This document shows positions 1 through 6,761 of a stretch of DNA of 14,889 nt, piece by piece. Source of the DNA: Methanobacteriota archaeon. GTDB lineage: Archaea; Hydrothermarchaeota; Hydrothermarchaeia; Hydrothermarchaeales; JACRDW01. The position numbers were made by a program, and so were the translations under genes. The DNA is taken from the NCBI GenBank assembly GCA_043820925.1, contig JBDRDL010000031.1, forward strand, positions 1-14,889. The letters run 5' to 3'. How positions within the stretch are numbered: position 1 is the stretch's first letter; each line of letters opens with the position of its first letter. The notes under the pieces were generated by a model. That model ran no database searches. It had not been told where the DNA came from and saw nothing but the letters and a program-made list of their open reading frames with translations.

Positions 1-710
1 GGGACATGCCGAAAAAAAGTAAATAATACGAGCGATATCGAGATTATTAAAGATAAAGCACCAAAACCTGCTATCAAATAGGGCTTATGTACAAATCCTA
101 TTTCTCTATAGGCACGTGAAATTTTGAATATAAAGTAAGCAAAATACACAAAAAAGACTGAAGGAAAGAGAGCGTATAAATACAGTAAACCAAAATTGGT
201 AGAACTGGGGAACTTGACAAAACTCAGATAGTTGGTTAAAAAAAGAGCGAGCAATATGGAAGAACTGTATAAAACTAAATACTTGTTTCTAAATATATTA
301 ACTCTCCCTTTAGTTATAGGCGCTTGAATATAATACAACGCAATATTCACTAAAAAATGGGTTAGAATGTAAAAGAGGGTAAATGAGATTAAGATAGGGT
401 AAGAAGATTTCGCAATAGAATAAAACCTGTAGAGGAGTAGAGCTTGAGTCAAAGTAATTAAAATACAAAAAATATTTCCGTTAAACGCCTCATTCCAGAT
501 GTGTGATTCAGATATTTTTCTAGTCTCATGCATCAAAGCAAAAGTAACTGAAATTTGTAACAACATTATTACAACAAAAATTTTAATAAAAAAAGGAATT
601 TCAGATATTATGACGGGAGTAGCCGCAAAAACTTTTGCAGACTGAAAAAATAATGTGAATAAAGAAAGTAAAGATATTATGAAGAACAAGCTAATTTTTT
701 TATGCACCAT
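1..710 (-). CDS. Polytopic membrane protein, 3'-partial (absent from the ORF track because its stop lies outside the window)
   Basis: Manual translation from ATG 710 stays open to base 1 (236 codons): MVHKKISLFFIISLLSLFTLFFQSAKVFAATPVIISEIPFFIKIFVVIMLLQISVTFALMHE...KPYLIAGFGALSLIISISLVLFTFFRHV. Signal-peptide-like N-terminus plus about 6 hydrophobic segments; GAGG upstream; overlaps the upstream gene by 34 bp. Confidence 0.8.
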   Translation of the reverse strand, partial: MVHKKISLFFIISLLSLFTLFFQSAKVFAATPVIISEIPFFIKIFVVIMLLQISVTFALMHETRKISESHIWNEAFNGNIFCILITLTQALLLYRFYSIAKSSYPILISFTLFYILTHFLVNIALYYIQAPITKGRVNIFRNKYLVLYSSSILLALFLTNYLSFVKFPSSTNFGLLYLYALFPSVFFVYFAYFIFKISRAYREIGFVHKPYLIAGFGALSLIISISLVLFTFFRHV

Positions 711-1870
711 CCCTCAAACCTCTTTTTCAGAGCATCATAACTCTCACTCTGTAAATATTTAACGTTGCTTGGAGTTATGAGATCTGCTAAGAGACTAATG
801 CTCAATAGATGATTTCTTTTATCATAGAGTCGAGTCGAGTTTATTTCATCAATCGCCGTTATATAGCTATCTGATTTTTTAAATAAGGCTCCCAGTCTCT
901 TTTTTACAATTGTAGTATATGAATCTAATGGAACTTCATGAGTTTGAGTTATATAACGACCAACCGTATTTCCGGCTATATCGCCACAAATTACTGCTGG
1001 GAGAATCCCCTCCCCAAATGGTTTAAGGTTCTGATTAGCTACGTCACCTACTAATAATACATTTCCGTAAGTCCATTTATCTGTGGAGTAATGATATGGA
1101 GCAATCCCGCTTTTTTCTACTATCTTAATTCCATTTTTAATTTGTTTTTTAACTATAGACAGCTCTAAAAATTCTTCATAACACTTTTCTAATTTTTTGT
1201 CATGAAATAAAGAAGTAACACCAATATTAGCACTGTTTCTTGAGATGGGGAAAATATAGGCATATGCGCCTGGTGCGAAATCTCCTATATATATTTGATC
1301 AAAGTTAGGCGCATTTAAATCTAAACTAGTCACCTCAAAACTCATAACTTTCCCACATTTCTCTCTCAAATTTTTAAAACCAAGTTTTTTTAAAACTGTT
1401 GAATCAGCACCATCAGCAGCAATAACCACTTTTGGTTTAATTTTTTTGTTTCCTCTGGGAGTTTTTACAATCGCTTTTGTAACATTATATTCATCTTTAA
1501 CCCCTAAGTCGATTAATTCAGTACTTGTTAAAAGTTTAGCCCCGCTATTTACTGCATTACTTGCTAACCACTTATCAAAATTTTTTCGGCTGATTGCATA
1601 ACCCGACCAAATCTTCCCTGTCCTTTTAATCGTAATATCTTCTGCATAAAATAACATTCCGTCAATCTTCCAGATTAATTGCTCTCTTGGTATTTTAAAT
1701 GGTAGAAAAGGAATAAGATAATCACTTATGCTTTCAGCGCATTTAACTGGTACTCCAATTTCCTTCTTCTTGTCTATAAAAATAGTTTTAGCTCCAGCTT
1801 TTGCGGATGCTCTAGCAGCGCTACTCCCCGCAGGCCCAGCCCCAACCACCAGAACATCGCACTCAATCAC
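677..1870 (-). CDS. Geranylgeranyl reductase family FAD-dependent oxidoreductase (divergent DGGR-like paralog)
   Basis: DVLVVGAGPAGSSAA Rossmann motif, RxxFDxxLA, VIAADG, PGAYAYIFP (variant of PxxYxWxFP), LLVGD. GTG start with GAGGG RBS. Confidence 0.88.
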   Translation of the reverse strand: MIECDVLVVGAGPAGSSAARASAKAGAKTIFIDKKKEIGVPVKCAESISDYLIPFLPFKIPREQLIWKIDGMLFYAEDITIKRTGKIWSGYAISRKNFDKWLASNAVNSGAKLLTSTELIDLGVKDEYNVTKAIVKTPRGNKKIKPKVVIAADGADSTVLKKLGFKNLREKCGKVMSFEVTSLDLNAPNFDQIYIGDFAPGAYAYIFPISRNSANIGVTSLFHDKKLEKCYEEFLELSIVKKQIKNGIKIVEKSGIAPYHYSTDKWTYGNVLLVGDVANQNLKPFGEGILPAVICGDIAGNTVGRYITQTHEVPLDSYTTIVKKRLGALFKKSDSYITAIDEINSTRLYDKRNHLLSISLLADLITPSNVKYLQSESYDALKKRFEGWCIKKLACSS

Positions 1871-1882
1871 ACAATCCCTCGA

Positions 1883-1936
1883 ATTAACATTAATGGTTAA
1901 TATTAACTTATTCGGTGAAAAGTGCTTATTTATATC
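1883..1936 (-). promoter_or_regulatory. Promoter of the reductase with tandem semi-palindromic boxes
   Basis: Minus strand AGAAAG-ATATAAATA (BRE/TATA-like, around 1927-1941), followed by GTTAATATTAAC (1896-1907, perfect palindrome) and ATTAACATTAAT (1883-1894). Confidence 0.45.
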
Positions 1937-1944
1937 TTTCTATT

Positions 1945-2295
1945 TTATCCCGCTACTTCGATCTCTATTTTCCCCTTCCCTGTTGGCATCAGGCTTACAA
2001 GACTCTCTTTTTTTATGCCGGCGTATTTTGCGATTTCAGGAGGTATAGTAACGACAAGCGAGTTCCCGGATTTCCTTATCTTAACTTTTCTTTCAATACC
2101 AAAAATTCCAAGCTCTTTTGCCTTGTCTTCTATCTCCTGCCATATCTCGTCTGTCAGATATTCATCACCGCACTTCGTGCATACGTGTCCTTCCCTAATC
2201 CCGAAGTCAATGCCGAAATATTCGACGTGCATTGGTGCCTTCACTAGCCTGCCGCCGCACCTGCACGGATAAGGCAACACTTTTTCCTCTTTCAT
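1945..2295 (-). CDS. Putative antitoxin: YgiT/MqsA-like Zn finger fused to an AbrB/MazE/SpoVT DNA-binding domain
   Basis: CRC...CTKCGDEYL zinc ribbon followed by KVKIRKSGNSLVVTIPPEIAKYAGIK, a classic AbrB motif. ATGA overlap with the upstream gene. Confidence 0.85.
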   Translation of the reverse strand: MKEEKVLPYPCRCGGRLVKAPMHVEYFGIDFGIREGHVCTKCGDEYLTDEIWQEIEDKAKELGIFGIERKVKIRKSGNSLVVTIPPEIAKYAGIKKESLVSLMPTGKGKIEIEVAG

Positions 2296-2525
2296 ACCAT
2301 CACCTTCACAGTAATAGGATAAATTTTCCTAACGTCTTTGCCTTTAACTTCTTCATACACAATTGAGTAATACCTGTAAATTGCCTCGATTATGTTTCCG
2401 CGCTGTATTCTCTTCCTTCCTTTTGCAAGTGCTTCGCAAAATTCTGCTTTCGAGATGCCTCGCAGCATCATCCTTTCGAGCACATGTCTCTGCCTCTTTT
2501 GTGACCAGTCCACAGTCAATTCCAT
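2292..2525 (-). CDS. Putative toxin, DUF4258 / RelE-like fold
   Basis: 77 aa, basic, with HVLERMMLRGIS and C-terminal IYPITV typical of DUF4258-like proteins; coupled to the AbrB antitoxin. Confidence 0.72.
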   Translation of the reverse strand: MELTVDWSQKRQRHVLERMMLRGISKAEFCEALAKGRKRIQRGNIIEAIYRYYSIVYEEVKGKDVRKIYPITVKVMV

Positions 2526-2527
2526 AG

Positions 2528-2556
2528 TAATACATGTATTATCTCGTAGTATTTAA
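2528..2556 (-). promoter_or_regulatory. TA promoter (TATA) with perfect 14-bp palindromic operator
   Basis: Minus-strand TTAAATA at 2550-2556, about 25 bp before ATG 2525. TAATACATGTATTA (2528-2541) is self-complementary and lies over the expected start site. Confidence 0.65.
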
Positions 2557-2665
2557 GAGTTTGCAAGAGTATGTTATGCTTTATTGTTTTAATTTTAGTA
2601 GCAGAGCATAGAAACGAGACATTTAACTTGACAGTACCTGATGCCCGCGGGGATTAAGAAAAAAG

Positions 2666-2797
2666 CTACCTGCCCCTCTGCAATATAACCGCTATCACTG
2701 CCAGCAGCATCAGCAGTATATTCGCCAGGATATTCCAGAGCGCAGTCTCGTCAGCTTCCTTCCTTTTCCATATCCCCCTGAATTCGCCCTGAGACAT
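2666..2797 (-). CDS. Small single-TM membrane protein, 43 aa (below the ORF-track cutoff)
   Basis: MSQGEFRGIWKRKEADETALWNILANILLMLLAVIAVILQRGR*; BRE/TATA CCAAAAGG-TATTTATAA at leaderless spacing; T-tract directly after the stop. Confidence 0.65.
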   Translation of the reverse strand: MSQGEFRGIWKRKEADETALWNILANILLMLLAVIAVILQRGR

Positions 2798-2818
2798 GAT
2801 ATTTAGTCTCGGTGCGGG

Positions 2819-2881
2819 TTATAAATACCTTTTGGTCTTGGTAATGGACTGTAGAATTATCCTGTGCGGAAACTTATAAAT
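2819..2881. promoter_or_regulatory. Back-to-back archaeal promoters (small membrane protein / KaiC-like ATPase)
   Basis: Minus: CCAAAAGG-TATTTATAA (2819-2835). Plus: CGGAAAC-TTATAAAT (2867-2881), then GGAGG RBS before ATG 2915. Confidence 0.6.
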
Positions 2882-2914
2882 ATCCAGTGGAAGTATAGGT
2901 TAGGAGGGAGTAGT

Positions 2915-3625
2915 ATGGAAATCGAGCGGATAAAAACTTACATTCATGGTTTGGACGAGCACATTGAGGGGGGCATACCGAAGGGGAGCATTTCGCTGAT
3001 ATGCGGTACTCCCGGCACTATGAAGTCCTCGCTCGCATATAGCATCCTGCACAGCAACGCTGTCAAGGAGGGTGTAAAGGGGCTCTACATAACCTTGGAG
3101 CAGGAAATCAAAAGCCTCAGGCAGCAGATGGAAAAACTGAAAATGAGAGAAATCGAAGCTCTCACGCTCGTTGACTTCGATATGATGCAGAAAAAAATAG
3201 AAAGAAAGCCAGAGACCAACTGGATTCAGCGGGTGGGCGGATTCATTGAAAGCATGGGAGAAGGCTGTGAGCTGCTGGTAGTCGACTCTCTGAATGCACT
3301 TTACTCTCTGACGAATATTGAGAATCCGAGAAGGGAGATATACTATTTATTCAAAACCCTGCGAGAAACAGGAATGACCTGCTTCTTAATCTCTGAAATT
3401 TCTCTAGGCAAGGCCAGATTCAGCCACTACGGAGTTGAGGAATTCCTTGCGGACAATATAATTCATCTGGAGTTCAAGAAGAGAGGAGACCTGCTCAGCT
3501 CTCTGGAGCGCTACATAGGTATAGTAAAGATGCGGGCAACAAATCATGACACCCAGTACTTCCCGATTTTATACCTTAAGGACAGATTTACAGCTTACGG
3601 AAGGGAGGAGCTGGAACTCGAGTAG
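2915..3625 (+). CDS. Single-domain KaiC/RAD55-like RecA-superfamily ATPase
   Basis: RIKTYIHGLDEHIEGGIPKG, Walker A variant GTPGTMKS, YITLEQ, Walker B LLVVDS, EEFLADNII, IVKMRATNH. Start moved to ATG 2915 (GGAGG RBS). Confidence 0.9.
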   Translation: MEIERIKTYIHGLDEHIEGGIPKGSISLICGTPGTMKSSLAYSILHSNAVKEGVKGLYITLEQEIKSLRQQMEKLKMREIEALTLVDFDMMQKKIERKPETNWIQRVGGFIESMGEGCELLVVDSLNALYSLTNIENPRREIYYLFKTLRETGMTCFLISEISLGKARFSHYGVEEFLADNIIHLEFKKRGDLLSSLERYIGIVKMRATNHDTQYFPILYLKDRFTAYGREELELE

Positions 3626-4279
3626 TTACTTCTTAGTTTTTACTCCAGCCAGCGAGGGAAAGCGCTTTTTGAATTCTTCGGGCAGCTCGATTGTCTTGTC
3701 TTCTTTAAAAGAGCCTTTCATGAAGTCTATGTAGTCTCTCTGAATGAAAAAGTTTTGAATTTCCCTGCCTTTTACCAGCAGGAAAGTGGTTTTAGCGTTG
3801 GTGAATTTCTCAGCCACATAGTAGCGAGAATAAACGATGGCATCTTGGTCAGAGGTAGCGTGCCCAAGTATTACGGTCAGCGGCATCTCCCCGAAACAGG
3901 TCAGAATATCGCTTATAATTACTCTGCCGTTTCCGCTCGGCAGGATAAATACCTCTCCTTTTTTCTTGGAGTAATCCTCCAGGGAAGCCACAAATTCTTT
4001 TTCTATATCTACATTTGCCTCTGTGCTTTCTCCCTCGACGAGAACTATAAATTCAGTTGGATAGCCGAGCTTCCTCCAGTCGAGTATCGCTGTGTATCCC
4101 TTGATTATACCCTGCTTTTCCAAGTCTTTCCTGTAGTACGATGCGGCGGTTGCGCTATTCAACTTCAATGGCCCTGCTAATTTTGCATCGGCCACTCTTC
4201 CATTTTCCATGACCCTTGCAAGCACCATAGCTTTTTTTATATTCAGCGTCGGTGCTATGTTTCTCACATTTTTTATCAT
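3626..4279 (-). CDS. Lrp/AsnC-family transcriptional regulator with an enlarged C-terminal domain
   Basis: ENGR...LEKQGIIKGYTAILDWRKLGY is the Lrp HTH/linker signature; 217 aa. Its stop abuts the KaiC stop with no gap. Confidence 0.8.
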   Translation of the reverse strand: MIKNVRNIAPTLNIKKAMVLARVMENGRVADAKLAGPLKLNSATAASYYRKDLEKQGIIKGYTAILDWRKLGYPTEFIVLVEGESTEANVDIEKEFVASLEDYSKKKGEVFILPSGNGRVIISDILTCFGEMPLTVILGHATSDQDAIVYSRYYVAEKFTNAKTTFLLVKGREIQNFFIQRDYIDFMKGSFKEDKTIELPEEFKKRFPSLAGVKTKK

Positions 4280-4363
4280 GATATAAAATTGTTTTATTTA
4301 ATATAAATAATTTTTTGAATTTTACAAAAATTTTAAAGAAAAGCTTTAACTGCTTTCTTTATT

Positions 4364-4481
4364 TCATCCAGCCTCCGGTTTTTTCTCTCTAATCTTCTAC
4401 TTCATAGCCCTCTCTCTCAAGCGCTCTTTTTGCCAGGTACATTATGTCCGGGTCGTCGCCAAGTAAAACTATTTTTGCCAT
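4364..4481 (-). pseudogene. Decayed receiver (REC) domain remnant
   Basis: ATG 4481 gives MAKIVLLGDDPDIMYLAKRALEREGYEVED* (stop 4389-4391); a shifted frame continues KIREKKP, matching KISHVKP of the upstream copy. Confidence 0.75.
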
Positions 4482-4485
4482 AAAT

Positions 4486-4770
4486 CTAAGCCGGAGTTCT
4501 CTTGAGAAGAGCTTCAGCAGTGCTTATCAGTTTCCCCAGCTCTATTCGAAGCTCTTCTTTATATCTCCTAATTCTCTTGCAGACATCCCAGCCGTTCATA
4601 TCAGACATCATTATATCTAGGATAACCAAGTCCGGCTTTACGTGTGAAATTTTGTTCAGGCATTCTGTCCCGCTGTACGCTTCTGCTACTTCATACCCTT
4701 CTCTTCGCAATGCTATTTTTAAAACAAAGACATGGTCAGGGTCATCGTCCACAACCATTATTTTTGCCAT
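4486..4770 (-). pseudogene. Stand-alone receiver domain, internally truncated (possibly still expressed)
   Basis: KIMVVDDD, KPDLVILDIMM (phospho-acceptor Asp) and MNGWDVC are present; the beta4 Thr/Ser and beta5 Lys-Pro region is missing; 94 aa. Confidence 0.7.
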
Positions 4771-4839
4771 AGTTGTTAATGCTTTTTTTGAATATTTATA
4801 GGTTTCTTTTTAAATTTATAAGCTACGTATCGATGCTAT

Positions 4840-5154
4840 TCATGTATTCGCAGAGATTTTCAACTTTTTTAATAAATTATCCAGATATTCAATACCCTGT
4901 TTGTACAGTTCATCTCCTTTTTCTGTTAATTTGTAGTACTTTCTATTTTCATGCCACTCAGCTGCAACGTATCCTCCCTTCTCCAAGCGATATAAAACTA
5001 CATAAGAGGTCACCAGAGCAGGCTCAAAGCCGAATCTCTCCCTCAGCTTGCTCTTGATTTCATAGGCGTACATTTTCCTTTCTTTAAGAAGTTTGAGCAG
5101 GTATATCCACAGAATTTCCTTAGTAGTTTTTGCTTTCAGCCTTTGGAGCGGCAT
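4840..5154 (-). CDS. PadR-family transcriptional regulator
   Basis: [35 protein letters not shown]. Confidence 0.93.
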   Translation of the reverse strand: MPLQRLKAKTTKEILWIYLLKLLKERKMYAYEIKSKLRERFGFEPALVTSYVVLYRLEKGGYVAAEWHENRKYYKLTEKGDELYKQGIEYLDNLLKKLKISANT

Positions 5155-5161
5155 GCAAGAG

Positions 5162-5189
5162 TTTTACAACCGTAAAATATATATATTTT
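5162..5189. promoter_or_regulatory. Shared bidirectional TATA plus inverted-repeat operator candidate between padR and ino1
   Basis: Perfect palindrome AAAATATATATATTTT (5174-5189) and inverted repeat TTTTAC-AACC-GTAAAA (5162-5177) within a 68-bp intergenic gap. Confidence 0.55.
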
Positions 5190-5222
5190 TGGATATATTT
5201 TATAATCATAAAAGTGAAAAGC

Positions 5223-6290
5223 ATGGGAAAAATAAGAGTCGCTATAGTTGGAGTAGGCAACTGCGCTTCTGCCTTAGTACAGGGCGTGGAGTTTTACAAG
5301 GATGTAAAAGGCGAAGAATTTATCCCTGGCATAATGCACAACACCATCGCAGGCTATCACATCGGAGATATAAAATTTTCAGCAGCCTTCGACATAGATA
5401 AGAATAAGGTCGGAAAAGACCTGAGCGAAGCTATTTTTACAAAGCCGAATAATACGATTAAATTCTCAGATGTGCCAAATTTAGGAGTACCTGTGCAGAG
5501 GGGCATGACCCACGATGGTCTTGGAAAATATCTCTCGCAAGTGATAGAGAAGCATCCCTCACCAACTGTAGATGTGGTTGAAGTTCTGAAAGAAACAAAA
5601 ACAGACATAGTCGTGAATTATCTGCCGGTCGGAAGCGAATTTGCAACGAAGTGGTACGTTGAGAAAGCGCTCGAGGCAAGGTGCGGATTTGTCAACTGCA
5701 TCCCTGTTTTCATAGCCCGTGAAAAGCGCTGGCAGAAGCAGTTTGAGAAGCGAGGGCTGCCCATAATCGGCGATGACATAAAATCGCAAGTGGGAGCGAC
5801 GATTGTTCACAGAGTATTAACCCGGCTATTCAGGGACAGGGGAGTAAAGCTGGATAGGACTATACAGCTGAATGTGGGCGGCGACATGGACTTTTATAAC
5901 ATGCTGGAGAGGGAGAGGTTGGAATCCAAAAAAATCTCAAAAACGAGCGCAGTAACCTCGCAGTTGGACTATGACATAGGTGCAGAGAACGTGCACATAG
6001 GTCCAAGCGACTATGTTGCCTGGCTAAAAAATAGAAAGTGGGCATACATAAGGTTGGAAGGCACTACATTCGGTAATGTACCCCTAAACGTAGAGCTGAA
6101 ACTTGAGGTCTGGGATGCTCCAAATTCTGCGGGCGTTGTTATAGATGCAATTCGCTGCGCAAAGCTTGCAATGGATAAAAAAATAGGAGGGGCACTTAAA
6201 GGCCCCTCAGCTTATTTCATGAAATCCCCGCCAGAGCAGTACAGCGACGATATTGCAAAAAAAATGGTAGAAGATTTTATCAAGGGCTAG
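5223..6290 (+). CDS. ino1: myo-inositol-1-phosphate synthase
   Basis: [67 protein letters not shown]. Start moved to ATG 5223 (355 aa). Confidence 0.97.
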   Translation: MGKIRVAIVGVGNCASALVQGVEFYKDVKGEEFIPGIMHNTIAGYHIGDIKFSAAFDIDKNKVGKDLSEAIFTKPNNTIKFSDVPNLGVPVQRGMTHDGLGKYLSQVIEKHPSPTVDVVEVLKETKTDIVVNYLPVGSEFATKWYVEKALEARCGFVNCIPVFIAREKRWQKQFEKRGLPIIGDDIKSQVGATIVHRVLTRLFRDRGVKLDRTIQLNVGGDMDFYNMLERERLESKKISKTSAVTSQLDYDIGAENVHIGPSDYVAWLKNRKWAYIRLEGTTFGNVPLNVELKLEVWDAPNSAGVVIDAIRCAKLAMDKKIGGALKGPSAYFMKSPPEQYSDDIAKKMVEDFIKG

Positions 6291-6316
6291 ATTCCACGGA
6301 TTTCTTCCGGGTGGGA

Positions 6317-6352
6317 AAAGGAGAACGTTTTCCGATGGAAAACGTCTCCTTT
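6317..6352. terminator. Long hairpin between convergent genes (probable bidirectional terminator)
   Basis: AAAGGAG-A-ACGTTTTCC-GAT-GGAAAACGT-CTCCTTT: 16-bp stem with one bulge. Confidence 0.6.
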
Positions 6353-6360
6353 ATGGGTGG

Positions 6361-6582
6361 TCAGCTTAGAACTGAATAGCAGTTCGTGCCGTTCACTTCC
6401 TCTTTTCGAAGGTGCTTGTAGAGCATGTTGTAGTATATGAACATCCTCAGGTGCGCATCCCCGACTTCATAGCCCCTTCTCTTCATCCTCTCTACGATTT
6501 CCTTGCCTCTGAGTTTCTCCCCGTCTCTGAAAACGCTCAGTATCGCATTTACCTTATCTGCAGCATTTCCAAATTTTTTCAT
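6361..6582 (-). CDS. Small hypothetical protein, probable winged-helix DNA-binding fold (73 aa)
   Basis: MKKFGNAADKVNAILSVFRDGEKLRGKEIVERMKRRGYEVGDAHLRMFIYYNMLYKHLRKEEVNGTNCYSVLS; pattern of three helices plus beta wing; GGGGG RBS before ATG 6582. Confidence 0.65.
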   Translation of the reverse strand: MKKFGNAADKVNAILSVFRDGEKLRGKEIVERMKRRGYEVGDAHLRMFIYYNMLYKHLRKEEVNGTNCYSVLS

Positions 6583-6583
6583 T

Positions 6584-6709
6584 TTACAACCCCCTTTCTG
6601 AAATTTCATGCTTTACGAAAACCAGGCCAGAGTCAACTGAGATAAACAGGTAGTCCTCTACAATATCCAGTCGGCTGTAGCAGAGCACGTGGTAAGTTTT
6701 TTCTCCCAT
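6584..6709 (-). CDS. Uncalled 41-aa small protein
   Basis: GGAGG RBS (6716-6720), MGEKTYHVLCYSRLDIVEDYLFISVDSGLVFVKHEISERGL*; the stop is 1 nt before the next ATG. Confidence 0.5.
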   Translation of the reverse strand: MGEKTYHVLCYSRLDIVEDYLFISVDSGLVFVKHEISERGL

Positions 6710-6723
6710 TCAGTCCCTCCTTG

Positions 6724-6761
6724 AAAATAAAAAAGAAGGGAAAGACTATATTATATAGTCT
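6724..6761 (-). terminator. Hairpin over the ftsZ stop followed by a pyrimidine/T tract (may also supply a TATA for downstream ORFs)
   Basis: AGACTATA-TTA-TATAGTCT (6743-6761), then TTCCCTTCTTTTTTATTTT on the minus strand. Confidence 0.45.

Noticed and set aside
1..710. UbiA/DGGGP synthase next to the GGR-like gene
   Set aside because: No Asp-rich NxxxDxxxD motifs in the 236 visible residues.
2915..3625. Circadian clock KaiC
   Set aside because: Single domain with no kaiA/kaiB nearby; this is the generic archaeal KaiC/RAD55-like family.
4294..4310. TTATTTA-ATA-TAAATAA inverted repeat upstream of the Lrp gene
   Set aside because: Pure A/T in a very AT-rich gap overlapping the TATA region; chance cannot be excluded.
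4389..4488. Pyrrolysine or readthrough at the TAG stops of the REC genes
   Set aside because: Similarity continues only in other frames, so deletions explain the pattern better than recoding.
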